Positions 1 to 12,946 of a stretch of 64,000 nt of DNA are shown piece by piece. Position 1 is the first letter of the stretch; each line of letters opens with the position of its first letter. The notes under the pieces are model-generated. The model was not told where the DNA came from. It did no database searches and worked only from the letters and a program-made list of their open reading frames with translations. Origin of the DNA: Octopus vulgaris. Taxonomy: Eukaryota. Location: assembly GCA_951406725.2 (NCBI GenBank), contig OX597818.1, forward strand, positions 68,510,001-68,574,000, given 5' to 3'. The position numbers and the translations under genes were made by a program.

Positions 1-615
1 GCTATCTCCCTTTTATCAAATGTGCATGTCTTCTCCTTGTCTGTGTTTAGAAACATCTATACACTTGCATATTCGCTCACATGTGAATGTGTATGTAATA
101 TAGAACGGTGCTGTTACATGGATATTCATGGATGTATGCATGTATATATGGGAGCATGGGGACACTATTTACGTAGGGAGATAATAGGCAAACATTACTG
201 ATTTTTAAGAAACACGCAGAAGTAAGTAAAGCATGGTTCCATTGTAGGTAATTTAGAAACAGACTGAATGAGACTGTTTTATAATCAGGTTCGTCTGGAA
301 AACGTCACTACATTTGTCCAAGTACACCTTGCATCCACATCCTGAGGGTGACATGCTACTATATATATATAACCCAAAGCGTACATATACATACGTGTGT
401 GTGTGTCTTCATACTCACACACATACTTATGTACACACACATTCTTACACATGCATACACACGCATACACACAGACACTAACACATTTATATCTATCTAT
501 CAATATATATATATAAATACACACACATGCAAGTAAACACCTACGAGCAAAACAAAGTGGGAGAAATAGCACTCAAACACCAATAGTAGAGTAATATAAA
601 ATAGAATATATATAC

Positions 616-648
<33 letters not shown>

Positions 649-1422
649 CATTATATTTGATATTGTATATATATATATATGTATATGTATACATACAACA
701 TTATATTTAATATTATTTGTGTGTGAGTGTGTGTGTGTATGTGTGTGTGTATGTGTGTGTGTGCACAGTCATTTTTATGGCCGAATTCCCAATTCTGATA
801 TTATTTCCAATTAAACTGCTGAAGATTGATGCTTCCCAAATTGCAGTTCACCAAATGATAATGTCATTAATGGTATTTAAGTGCAACAATTCCCACTTAT
901 TGCAAATAAAAATATCTCTGTAACAATTTTAATAATATAACAAAACCATTTTTAGTGTTGGGAAAAGTTAATGAGTTTCCAAGAAATGAGAAAATAAAGA
1001 TAGGTTAAGCACTTAAAATATGCAAATTAGTAGCACCGGTTCTGTAAACCTACCGGATTAATCTTGTGTCTAAACAGATTATCTGCTTGCTTCTTTAGGA
1101 TTCATCAACTGCTATAGACACCTCAAATGAAACTACTCTAAGGCTCAGAAACTGACTAAGGCTAATTCTTGCGGTTTTTTTTTTTATCGATGGAGGAATG
1201 TATGTATATATGTATCTTCCTACCTATGTACCTACCAACTTATCTATCTATCCATCTATCCATCTACCTACCTACCTATCTGCCTACCAACTTATCTATC
1301 TAGCTATCTCGCTGGCTGTATGTCTGTCAGTCTATCTATCAAGGAGAAGAAGAAAAGGCTTTGCAAACCTTGTCATCGAAAATAGGAAGTCAATCTGTAC
1401 ATTTCTGAATATTTTCAACTAA

Positions 1423-1468
1423 GTAGCTACCGGTTTCCATCGTTTTGGGATGACCTCTTCATGTAAGC
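1423..1468 (-). ncRNA. Degenerate minimal hammerhead-like motif (Penelope type)
   Basis: Minus strand reads gcttac-ATGAAGA-ggt-CATC ccaaaac GATG-GAAA-CCGG-TA. It has a palindromic stem III (ACCGGT) and GUA triplet, but C3 is mutated and stem I pairs poorly. Confidence 0.35.
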
Positions 1469-1789
1469 ATAAAATGGAGAAAGAACAGAATTAAGTTGAA
1501 TGAAATTCAACTTTCATACTTTCATAATATCAGCTCCGGAAGTTCCTATATGCAGCACAGAATTCAGAAAAGCATCATTATGGGTCTGAGGATTGGGATG
1601 GACCTTTTTATGACTTTTTGGGTTTTTCATGTGTGAGTTTAATCCCTGGTCCTAATGAGCTACTTTTGTTGTAAAAAGCTTGCTTGAAAAGCTTGCTGGA
1701 TAGTAAGGGGCGATGGGGGAGGGGGCATATTTGGATTTCATGAAATGTGTTTATAGAGACTTGTATTTATATATATAATATATAATAAG

Positions 1790-2312
1790 TGAGACTGTAG
1801 CCATAGCCTATGCCAGTGTCACATGACCAGCTCATTTAAGAGTACCCTTCAATCATTGGGCAATATACTGTGCTTTAGAAAACCTATTGAGGCAAGTGAA
1901 ATCATTGTTGAGGCCGATGTCTGCCTGACTGGCACCCATGCTGGTGGTACATAAGAAGCACCATTCGAGCATGGTCAGTGCCAGTCCCGCTGGACTAGCT
2001 CCCATGTCAGTGGCACATAAAATGCACCATTCGGGCGTGGTCGATGCCAGTGCCACCTGACTGGTCCTGTGCTGGTGGCACATAAAAGTACCATTCGGGC
2101 ATGGTCGATGCCAGTACCACCTGACTGGACCCATAATGATAGCACATAAAAAGCACCCACTACACTCTTGGAATGGTTGGTGTTAGAAAGGGAATCCAGC
2201 TGTAGAAACCTTGCCAGATCAGACTGGAGCTTGGAATAGTCCCCTGGCTTACCAGTCCTCAGCCAAACCGTCCAACCCATGCCAGCATGGAAAGCAGGCG
2301 TTAAATGATGAA
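1790..2312 (+). mobile_element. Family C short retroposon (RTE 3'-end related) with internal ~55-60 bp tandem subrepeats
   Basis: Repeated GGTGGCACATAAAA-GCACC units, then ...GGCATCCAGCTGTAGAAAC-like core and GTCCAACCCATGCCAGCATGGAAA...(GAT)n tail. Same sequence recurs at ~11660-11885, 14335-14592, 16870-17037, 51845-52068 (+) and 26540-26800, 28488-28870, 34610-34745, 51148-51560 (-). Confidence 0.85.
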
Positions 2313-2883
2313 TATAATATATATAGAGATAGTGACTTTTTCATCCACAAAGCTAATTTTATAATCTTATACAACATATTATAATATGGTCATTTTAATA
2401 CGCTGTAAGAAATTATAAAATAAATTTTGTGGATGAACAAGCTTCCACACATTTTATTATTAATAATAATATATTCTCAAGACGTCTTTTGCCATCCAGC
2501 AAAGCATAGATGGAATTACACAATCCAGAAGTGACTAACAACAATAGTAATCACAGACATTAAATACTGGTTGAAGTTGTTAGCCATTAACTGGAGCTTA
2601 ACTGAGAGCTAATACGGTCTCCACCCAGATAATATATCCATCCAAACTCACACACACACATATATTAATAAAAAGTAATGTTTGTTGCCACTTCAACGGA
2701 ACAGCATTACTACTATTTTTTAACCCCAGGAGAACACCTTCTCCATCTGATTAACGACACAACCTGTGTCCAATACAATGCAAGCAGGAGAGTGACCCCC
2801 CACTACCATATAGTGAGTGGACAGGACCAGTAGAACAGCTTTGTTTCATAGTATTTGACTTGCCTCAATAGTTTAGAACTAGC

Positions 2884-2933
<50 letters not shown>

Positions 2934-4447
2934 TTTGTCTCTGTGTGTCTGTGACTTGTTGTGAGAGAGAGAGAGAAAGTATTTTCTCTCAAGATATCAA
3001 TAATTGCATCCAATTTCCAGTCATCACTGATCAAATGGCAACATTTTTCATAAATTTACACCTTTTGTTTTCATTCTCTTCCACCTTTCTCACAAGCAAA
3101 TAGTATCAATCTACAGCGAAAGAATCTGCTGCAATTGGTGAAGGTTTATGTAATTGGTAGCCTTAAATCTTTGGGAAACACCAAACTCAGATCAAGCTCT
3201 AACGAGATGCAAAATAATGGCAGAATAGTTATTCAAGAGAATTGAACTTTCTTCAATATAGGTTTCAAATAGTTTTAATCAATATCGAAAGGTAAATATG
3301 TGTAAATATACCCTAATCTGAATCTGCAGCTCAACCAATTTATAAATTTTATATTTATCTGGAATTGTATCCTTCATATATGGGAAGTTTATTGTGTTCT
3401 GTAAAGCAACTTTTCATTTCCAAATGAAATTTATCATGTCCCATGAAAATGCTGCAAATTCCCGCCTGAATTTTGGAATCCAAATGATCCCATCCCTCCC
3501 ACAGGTTAGTTCGGCTGTGGAATGCATGTAAGTAGATTTTGTAAACCTTAAACAGTATCTAGAAACAAATAGAACTTTGTGGTGGTTCTCAAATATTCAT
3601 AGTAACTTTTTGCACTTTCCTTGTGCAGATGTCAACTCTCACTGTCGTTTGATGTTTCAAAGAACTATTTCTAGTTCCATTTTTCACCACTAACCCCAAT
3701 GATACTGGAATTCAAATCTTGTGTTTAGAATTGAGAGATTTTTCTACAAAATCTTGAAATTTTCAAGGTAAAATCCCATTTTACAAACAAACAGGAGATG
3801 ACAAATATGAAAGAACAAATTAGAGAAGATGCAGACCATTATTTATCAGTTAAAACTCGTAAAATCTTCTAGAATCTTTCTAGAATGTTCTTGTTTTGAG
3901 AACTTCACTGAACATCTGATTTCTGTAGCTAGCTGTAACCAATGGCACTCTTTAAAACCCTTTTTCATCTCCCCTATTTTCAGGTACTCTTCTCCAGATG
4001 TCATTTCTCTGATTCCTTGGCTAATATCTCTTTCTGCTGATCTTATTTAAAAAATGCATCCAGTCACACACAGAAGGGACCATTTAGTGCAGACGGCTGA
4101 ACATTTGAAATGCATTGACATGTTTACCAACTTTTGGAATGGCAAACATGTCATAGAATTGTTACGCTATGATTTCTTAAAGTCTAAACATTCTCAGGTG
4201 AAATGGAAAAGCTGGCAGAGTTGAACTTATCCGGTCCTGATCCCAATTTCATTTTCAACTCTATTCTTTATTCCACTACAATACTATTTGGTGAGGGAGA
4301 GATTGTTTCAATAAGAGAGGTAAAGAAATTATTGCACTGAGTCCTGCCAAGCCCATCACTCCTTTTAATCGACAAAATCTTTGAAAGGAAACAAAAATAC
4401 TTATTTTCTGACTTTTGTGATCTCAAAACATTTTTTATTTTATTTTA

Positions 4448-4676
4448 CAGGGATTCCCCGACTTGCGTGAAATTCGACTTGCGCGAGCCACCTTTTGATG
4501 CCGAGTGTTCAGGTTGCACTTGTTGTAAAAATATTTATTATCCATTGCTTTGTCTGTTATCTTTCTCCAATAACAATATTTAGCAGCTATCCCGGAAAAT
4601 ATTTACAGAAAACAATATCAGGTACTCGACTTGCGCAAATTTCGAATTGCGCGTCCCCCAATTCGAGGAATCCCTG
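4448..4676. mobile_element. 229-bp MITE, pogo/Tigger-type non-autonomous DNA transposon
   Basis: TIRs CAGGGATTCCCCGACTTG and reverse complement CAGGGATTCCTCGAATTG (16/18). TA on both flanks (4446-47, 4677-78). Subterminal TCGACTTGCGC repeats near both ends. Confidence 0.9.
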
Positions 4677-6589
4677 TATTTCTTTTAGAGTTGTGATATC
4701 CCATTCCTTATCAGTCGAGGCATTGTGACTTGGGTGAGTTATTTCCCTTTAGTCAAACCAAAATTGAAACTCTTAAGTGCTGAAGTCTTCTACACAAAGA
4801 CTTTTTGCCTTTATTCCTTATGACACAATCTAATAAAGTACTACATGTACTCTATAACATGTACAATATTGCATAGCAATGAGTTAATTTATTGGCAGTA
4901 ATTAAAGGAAAATCTCAGCATTTAACTTGAAAAATTTAGATCATTAAATTTGACTAAAGAAACGAAATACATTTTCTTAAATTAAAGGAAAAATATCTTT
5001 AAAAATGTATAAATCCTATTTTACAGCAAATAATTCTTGAGTGTATAGTGTTGTTAAAATTGCATATCTTCAGAGATAGGAAGGCTGTTATGATTTCAAG
5101 TAAGTTGAAGATATGCATCCAACGAACACATCATGCATAAACAGTCTCTAATACAATAACATGCATCAGATGACAAGGAATGGAGCAGAAGAAGCAGCTT
5201 AAATTTAAGCTGTAAAGTGAAATCAAACTTAGCGAATTACTGAAAGCTACTCATTATCACAAGACTGGATTTCTATCTGCAACAAGCATATCACCAATAT
5301 ATTGAGAGGGGGGACGACACAATGTGATAATACACACATAAAAGTAAAAGAAGAAAAGAAAAAAAAATAATTTTAATTTCTTTGAAAGCAAATTTGATAT
5401 TGTTATCTAAATTTGGAGGAGATTATCTTGAAGAGACATTAGAAGAAGAAGAAGAATCTCTGTTCGGTATTCTCTAAAGTTGTTAATGTTTGTGGCAACA
5501 AACAAGAGAGAGATTTGTTTGGTATCTAGAAGAGTGACCTACAGAAACAAAATGCTATATTATTAACTGCTGTGTGTAAAGTTCTACGTTCAGAAAGAAA
5601 GATATCACACATTCCATAGCAAAGGTTTTATAGATACATCAAAATGCTTTCTTGCAAGTTATGTTGATAATTTTTCTTCAGAGTTTTCCAATCATCATCA
5701 TCATCATCACCATGAATGTCATCACTGTCATCACCATCAACATTGATGTTGGTTTAACATCACTTTTACTCACGGCTGGAAAGGCCGGAGCGCAAGTGGC
5801 GGCAGCGGTGGTGCTGGTGCCTGGTGGTGGTGGTGGTGGAAAATATCCCCAGAACTCTAATGGCTTTTTGATAAGAAATATACAATATGAAAGAGTGTCG
5901 GACAGATAGAAGAAATATTTGTCTGTGAAAATTTTCAATGTATTGCATGAGATAAGCAGAAGTTTTGCTGAAGAAAATATTATATGCCATATATTCTTGC
6001 TCAAGATATAAAATAAAATAATATCTTTGTTTGATATGAGTAGCACTTCAAGATAGGAGATATACTTTTGTTACTAAACTAATGGACAATTGACCTATTT
6101 CAAGTCCATTGAAAATCAGCCATTAACTTTGCTTTTATTTATTTACTATAAATGCAAAAATAACATATGATGGTACTCAAAATTGTAAGGACTCAATACA
6201 TTATTCTGAGTGACTATTCATTCTTTATTATAAAATAGTAAATATGACAAATTTCTTTCTTTTTATCCTTTATCCTTCAGCCATGTACATAACTGATAAT
6301 ATACATAACTGCCTTACTGTTAAAAATAATGGACATAAAGCGAGAAAAATCAAGAAAGAAAATAAGAAAACTGTAAAAGCCAGCATGTGAATAAAGCAAA
6401 GACGAAGAGGAACGGTGGCAGCAGTGGAAGAAGAAGAAAGAAAGAGAACTAAAACAAGTAGAAATATAAAAAGCAATAAATTAAAAAAAAGAGAAACATT
6501 TGTATCAGTAATGTAATGGATTAAAAGATGCTGGGAGAGTGAATGTAGATAAAAGAGATGTATAAAAGTAAAGGTTTTTGTGTGTGATG

Positions 6590-7120
6590 TTGTTTCGAAG
6601 ACGACTTATATAGCAATTTGTTTACAATCTAGCAATTGCTAATAAGAGAAATAATCAGGAAAGAAGTGAGGAGAGATGAAGAAAGTTTTTTAAATGTTTC
6701 TGGGTAAAATCTTCTAAATGGTGGAGCCAAGTGAAAGATAATGGTAAGGTATTCAAACTGAAGACATGAAACAATTATAAAATGTTGTAATAGCTATTTC
6801 TTGTAAAACAGGAAACTTATTTCAATAAAATAGAATCAGCTGGTAGGGTCGAAGTTCTGAATTTGTGTGTTAGTTATACCTCAATTTAAAGGGGATTCCG
6901 CATAAAGCATTATCTTCTTTAATAACAGACTCCTTATAGATGATGCTTTAGTGTTATAAAGTTTGTTAAACATCTATCATTTAAAGGACATGTGTCAGAG
7001 TTCATACAACTGTAATTGAATCAAATTAGAAACAACAGAAAATATAAGTTTTGTTGATGGTAGATCCAAACTTACTATCTTAATATTGGGTTATTTGCAA
7101 AAATCCTGTTTGGTTGTTTT
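6590..7120 (-). mobile_element. Penelope-like element remnant (GIY-YIG endonuclease region, frameshifted)
   Basis: Manual translation gives SCMNSDTCPLNDRCLTN...ALCGIPFKLRYN*H, resembling the CxC-x4-CPL-x3-CL and FKxRYxxH motifs of Penelope GIY-YIG domains. Many stops. Confidence 0.6.
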
Positions 7121-7443
7121 TATACAACATTTAGGAACACTCTCTCTCTCTCTTGGTACAAATTCTTGGCTTGAAATTATAAGTGGGATTGTACCATTAT
7201 ATTTTTGCATTTCTTTGAGTAATTAGACTACGGCCATGCTGCAGCACCACCTTGAAGGACTTTTCAGTTGAATGAATCGATCCCACTCTATATTTTCTTT
7301 TAAAGCCAGGCACTTATTCTATCAATCGATTTTTTCCAAAACCACTTTGACAGGGATGTAAACAATCCAGCACCAGTTGTGAAATGGTGGGGGAGGGGAA
7401 AGACAGACAAAAAGACACACACTCATATACGTGTGTGATGGGG

Positions 7444-7497
7444 TAGAGACTGCTGATGAGTCTGCAATTAAAAGGTGAAACTAGTCTGATGGCTTTC
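7444..7497 (+). ncRNA. Minimal type I hammerhead-like motif (Penelope type), decayed stem I
   Basis: CTGATGA (7453-59), stem II GTCT/AGGT (2 G-U pairs), GAAA (7477-80), palindromic ACTAGT stem III, GUC triplet. Stem I pairing is weak. Confidence 0.5.
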
Positions 7498-7636
7498 AGG
7501 TTTGCTCATGGGTTGGTTATCTCCCCTGTCGGTGTATATAAATGTGCGTTTATGCAGCTTTAAGGGTGTTAACACTTATTTCTAGCAATACAGGTGCTAT
7601 CCAGCACCCTCAGTTACAATTAGTGACTATTGTGTG

Positions 7637-7703
<67 letters not shown>

Positions 7704-8099
7704 TGTATGTATGTATGTATGTATGTATGTATGAATGTATGAATGTACGTACGTACAACAAGAGTCTTTCAATATCCATCAGCCAAATCCACCCACAAAG
7801 TTTGGGTCTGCGGATGCTATATAGTAAATGATACTTGATCAAAGTGTATGCAGTGGGACTGAACTTGGAACCATGTGGTTTGGAAGCAAGCGTCTTACCA
7901 CACAGCCACGCCTGCATTTCAAATCTCTCCCTCTAAGAATGTGGCTATTATTTGTAATTTCCTTCATAACCCTAAAGACACTCAGTGATAATGATTTACT
8001 ATTGTATTTATGAGATAGGTTATTAAATAAATTTCTTTCATATGCTTGGTATCAAAGATAATTCTTTTGGGATAATCTTTCAAAATTGGTCTCATGTAA

Positions 8100-8240
8100 G
8101 TGCAGGAGTGGCTGTGTGGTAAGTAGCTTGCTTACCAACCACATGGTTCCGGGTTCAGTCCCACTGTATGATACCTTGGGCAAGTGTCTTCTACTATAGC
8201 CTTGGGCTGACCAAAGCTTTGTGAGTAGATTTGGTAGATG
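8100..8240 (+). mobile_element. Family A tRNA-derived SINE, 5' part
   Basis: A-box-like TGGCTGTGTGG, B-box-like GGTTCAGTCCC, CORE-like ACCTTGGGCAAG. Followed by (TAGA)n at ~8260-8362. Confidence 0.85.
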
Positions 8241-8277
8241 ACTATAGACAGATAGACAGAGAGACAGAGAGAAAGAC

Positions 8278-8345
<68 letters not shown>

Positions 8346-8700
8346 GGATGGATAGATAGATATGTTTCTTTATTGGCCACACAGGGCTGAACACAGAGGG
8401 GACAAAATACAAAATAGAGCTTTTCTTTTTGAAAAGGAACAAAAAAAGGTGGGTGGTTGGGGGTAGAAATTTGTGATAGAAAGATAGAAGAGTGTGAATA
8501 TTTATTACTATACATATGCATGCATGTATATATTTGCATACATTTTTGCATGAATCTGTCTACTTATATATCCATGTATTTGCTAATTTTCCATTAGTTA
8601 CTTCTCAAATTGATGCTATTTATGGCTACCATCTCTCTTTCTCTCCCTCTCTTTCTCTCTTACTCTTTTGTCTTTTTATATCTCTTTACCTCTTTAGCAC

Positions 8701-8952
8701 ATAATAATAATAATAATAATAATTGTGTACAGTGCTCAGGTGCACTACAACTCATCTAAAGTCTATCTATAATCAGGTGTAGTTTCGACGGATTTCAGGA
8801 AGCATGAGGGCCTTAAAGGATGCAGTGTCATGGCAGTCAACAACTGATGCAGGCAGTTTATTCCACGCTTCAGCAACCCTGAGCGTGAAAAAATGTTTCC
8901 GAAAGTCATGGGAGTTGTGTTGTTTTCTGACTTTGTAGGCATGTCCACGTGT
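8701..8952 (-). mobile_element. CR1/L2-group LINE 3' end, 5'-truncated, with (ATT)n tail
   Basis: Minus translation TRGHAYKVRKQHNSHDFRKHFFTLRVAEAWNKLPASVVDCHDTASFKALMLPEIRRNYT* matches the CR1 ORF2 C-terminal TRGH...FF..RV...WN.LP..VV pattern. Confidence 0.85.
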
Positions 8953-9413
8953 ATATCCTTTCCCGATATATATATATATATGTGTATATACACATATATA
9001 TACATATATATATATCGTCCCTTATCTTTCTTTCTATCCTTTCAGCTTTTCTCATCTCTTGTTTTCCTAGAATCGATCTGCTAACTTGCAGTAACTGCCA
9101 TACATTGACTTTAATCACTATAATGAAGCCCTCATTAGCATTGTCTGTTTATTTCAAGGTTGGAAATCCATAATTTTGGAAGAAGTCTGAGATAAAATGT
9201 CTTTAATTACCGGAAATAGCTTTTCTTTTTCTTATTTCTCAATACAAATGTCAGCAAGGACCTTGAAACTTTACCTGCTGACAAATACATGCACAATTAT
9301 TCTATATGCATACATGCATTCACATATATATGTATATATATATATATATATACACATGCATATATATATATATATATTTATTTATATATATAAATATATA
9401 CATACATATATAT

Positions 9414-9454
<41 letters not shown>

Positions 9455-9465
9455 CATGTATGTGC

Positions 9466-9497
<32 letters not shown>

Positions 9498-9817
9498 ATA
9501 TCTATATTATTAGAAATCTTCCACTGAGGAGGGAGCTGGTTTCCAACAAAGATACACGGCTCCATCTTTGGAGTTTAGTTAACACAGACAAATTCACATT
9601 TGGAACTTGAGAAAAGTCTTGCATATTTTTACTGTTCCACTCATAGATTGCACTTGTAATGTACAAATCTTCCAGCCGATTTCTCTTTCTGAAAATCCCA
9701 CTTTATCCAGATCCTCCTTTAAACATTTACTAACAAAAACCTAGTGCTCCAATTATTGTTGGTATGAATATGAATTTATAGTCTGGATTTAGAAGCTGGA
9801 GATTTCAAAGCAGTTGT

Positions 9818-9925
9818 CTATGGATATCTTCTTTTTCTTTGATTTTCAACTGTTTGGGAGTGGTAGTTCTTCACATATCTCTCCTCATCCATCCTTAGTA
9901 CATGACCATACCAATGCAAACATGC
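9818..9925 (-). mobile_element. RTE LINE ORF C-terminal fragment
   Basis: LHWYGHVLRMDEERYVK...RKRRYP matches the RTE LxWxGHVxRM...RxRGRP motif. Confidence 0.7.
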
Positions 9926-10112
9926 CAAATGAGACTGGAATCTGGTGCTGCCTTCCAGCTTGCCAGCCTGGTCAAACCATTCCACCCTGAAAACTGGGAA
10001 AGGGACGCTGGGGGAGAACATGGGAGGGAGATATGTTATTCAGCACCTGGGAAAAAGAAAGAGGCTTCCGTGTTTGTTTGACATGTCAGCAATTGTTCTT
10101 TCACTTTAACCA

Positions 10113-10347
10113 ACCTATTTCTTTACTACCCACAAGGGGCTAAACACAGAGAGGACAAACAAGGACAGACAAATGGATTAAGTCGATTATATCGGCCCCA
10201 GTGCGTAACTGGTACTTATTTAATCGACCTCGAAAGGATGAAAGGCAAAGTTTACCTCGGCAGAATTTGAACTTAGAATGTAGCGGCAGACGAAATGTTG
10301 CTAAACATTTCACCTGGTGTGCTAACGTTTCTGCCAGCTCGCCACCT
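10113..10347 (-). mobile_element. Family B tRNA-derived SINE with Meta-like central domain
   Basis: GGCGAGCTGGCAGAAACGTTAGCAC...GTTCAAATT...CTTTGCCTTTCATCCTTTCGAGGTCGATTAAATAAGTACCAG...GTAGTAAAGAAATAGG. Close copies at 29070-29300 (-), 46222-46455 (+), 60331-60556 (+). Confidence 0.85.
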
Positions 10348-10479
10348 TTATTTCACTTTAACCTACCATCATTCAAACATGTTGATACATGCACATCTGC
10401 ATAGACACACACAGACACACATTCTTTTATTGTTTTGTGTGTTTCAGTCGAAAGAGTGTGACTAAGTGGGGTCACTGCC

Positions 10480-10830
10480 AGTGTAGTCATTTCATGGCCC
10501 TACTCTTGTCATCAGCTATAAATGAAGACAGAACTTCAGTATTGCTGCCCTCTTATGACATTCTTCCTGTGAAATAGGTTCATCTGGGTCGAGTTGTTTC
10601 TTGAAAACATCCAATGCTACTCCATGTATACCTCTGAAACATTTTGGCAAAATATTAAGTAGCCATGGGCCCTTGAATCGCAAACCATTGCAGTAGATGG
10701 TCCTCATGCTGGAACCTTTGACACAGGTCATCTGAATGCTAAATCGTTGATTTGTTGATAATCTGTTCAAATGTGGTGCATTAAATTTGATCGCATTTGC
10801 CCAATATAATTCTGCTTGCAATATGGTTAT
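10480..10830 (-). mobile_element. L2/Crack/Jockey-group LINE ORF2 3' remnant
   Basis: ORF 10516-10821 contains LRFKGPWLLNILPKCFRGIHGVALDVFKKQLDPDEP, matching the GPxLFNxLPxxLR...FKxxLD...PDEP C-terminal LINE motif. Confidence 0.7.
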
Positions 10831-11082
10831 ATGATAACTCTCAGTTCCTTCCCATTCTTGAATTTTCTGTGAGTTCCTTGTCTAATTCTTCCATGTGTCC
10901 CACAACAAAGGTTTCTGAAGTTTGTTATCCACAATATTTCTTTTTCACTTGTGAATATCAACTTTGTTAAGTGTCTTTTCGTTGCTGCCTTCAGTTGTTG
11001 ATCCTTTGCGTTTCTTTAAATCATTAATCTCACATCTGCTTCATCGTGTGTGTGTGTATGTATGTATGTATGTGTGTATGTT

Positions 11083-11145
<63 letters not shown>

Positions 11146-12777
11146 TCTATAAACCCAAGTTTTCACCAGTCAGTGCATTCCCACCCCGACTCAATACTCA
11201 TACCATTCTTTGCAATAACCTACTTTGCATGTATTACGACCTCCATACTTTGAGGCTATGCCCTGGCACCTGCCACCCTTTATCTCCCTCTTCCTAATTC
11301 TACCATCTCACCTATGCTCTGATTCCCTTTCCTTATAAGTATACCCAGGCACTTCACCACCATCTCTCTCCTGCTCTCTCTTGCACTCTTACTGTCTCCC
11401 ACTCTTTCTCTTTCTTTCTCTCTCTCTCTCCTTTTCTCTTCTCTCTGGCTGGGTAGCCATGTATCTCCTCTACAACAGCACACCTATTTCTGCCCTCATT
11501 CTCTCCCTCCCTCTCTCTCTCTGGCCAGGTAACCATGTACCTTCTTTACAGCAAGAAATCTGTTTCTGTCTCTCTGTCACACTCTAATCTTTCATCATCT
11601 GACACAAGATCCCTTCCTCCAATGTCCCCTCCCACCTCAAAGATTCCTCTTTGTCTTGCAAGTTCCTTGGTGACCCTGCCAGTGCTGGTGTCATGTGAAA
11701 AGCACTGAGTCCACTCTGCAGAATGGTTGGTGTCAAGAAGAGCATCCAGACCTAAAGTAAAAATCATACCAAAACCAACACTGAACCCTGGTGCAGTCTT
11801 CTGCCTGGCCAGCTCCTGTTAAACTGCCCAACCCATGCTAGCATTAAACGATGATGAGGAGGATAATGATGATGATGATGATGATATATATATATACTTT
11901 GGTCTCTTATATGTAGTTACATATATATATATATATATATAAATTTTGTACAACTCTTATTCTTTCATTTTTTTCATTCTTTCTATCAGACCCTACACAC
12001 TTACTTTGTTCTTTCCACTCTCCTTTCTTTCGTTCCCCCTCTCTCACATTTCCTGGCTTTCTCTTCATTCTCACCTTCCCTCCTCTTTCACTTCACTCTG
12101 TCCCTTTTCTTTTTTTCTCGTCCCTCCATATTCTTCTATCCCTGTGCCTCTACCTGTCTCTCCTCTCTCTCTCCACGTGACCAGTGTTCCACCAAGCCTG
12201 ACCTTTCTTTTTTTGGTTCATCTACCATTCGTGCAACATCTATATTCCTCCCCATGCCTGTCATCACTTATGTCCCTGCCATGAGGCTTCACTTTCACAC
12301 ATGCCAGCTTAATTTAATTCGTCCTTAGTCGAAAGACACCTATTGTTATGTCCTGTTATTTACATTTGTACTTGTGTACCATTTCTCTGTTTTTTTTTCC
12401 ATCCTTGTTTTCATATACATTCACTGCCTTCTTCCAAGGAATCTAGTGCTCTTAGCTTAGTTTTTCCTTGAGGCTGGCCAGATTGGAGCAATCTCAAGTA
12501 TAACCAGCCAAAATTGCAAAAATAACCTGGAACTCAACTGAGGAAAGAAAACACCAAATGACCCGTTCTTGTTTTTTCTTGTCCCTTTATTGTATCATCT
12601 AACTGTCTGGCTGTTTTGCATTCTTGTCTCATTTTTTGTATTCTTGTCTCATTTTTACATATATATATGTATATATGTATGTGTGTGTATGCATATATAT
12701 ATGTACACACACACACACACTGATAGATCATTAGCCACTACACACATTTTTTTCTCTCCTTGTTTTTTCTGTGTCCC

Positions 12778-12812
12778 TTTCTGTAGAAGAGTGTAGGCTC
12801 GAAATGCAAAAT
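12778..12812 (+). ncRNA. Decayed minimal hammerhead-like motif
   Basis: ttt-CTGTAGA-A-GAGT gtag GCTC-GAAA-TG-CA-aaa. The layout fits CTGANGA/stem II/GAAACGTA, but A6 and U16.1 are substituted. Confidence 0.35.
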
Positions 12813-12891
12813 ACTTTTTCTATTCCTGAGCATTATACTAATACATCTGTTTGTTTTGTGCACCACCTGTCTTCGTCTTTTGTTTTTTTCC

Positions 12892-12946
<55 letters not shown>

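Noticed and set aside
1935-2160. Spaced ~60-bp repeats resembling a CRISPR array (also 31735-32000)
   Set aside because: Spacers are homologous to each other, the array lies inside a dispersed eukaryotic retroposon, and there are no cas genes.
2339-2437. 12-bp inverted repeat TTCATCCACAAA/TTTGTGGATGAA
   Set aside because: Short, no TSD, no second copy in the window; cannot be assigned.
3350-4260. Possible decayed LINE ORF on minus (FKCSAVCTKWSLLCVTG, PHD-like)
   Set aside because: Single weak motif amid many stops; not supportable without an HMM search.
5652-6046. GC-richer island with Pro/Thr/Ala or Gly-rich ORFs
   Set aside because: Explained by (CAT)n and (GGT)n triplet runs. No recognisable domain or convincing splice pair, though a UTR cannot be excluded.
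8100-8170. tRNA-like sequences at SINE heads
   Set aside because: A/B boxes are present but there is no full cloverleaf, and they are always attached to SINE bodies.
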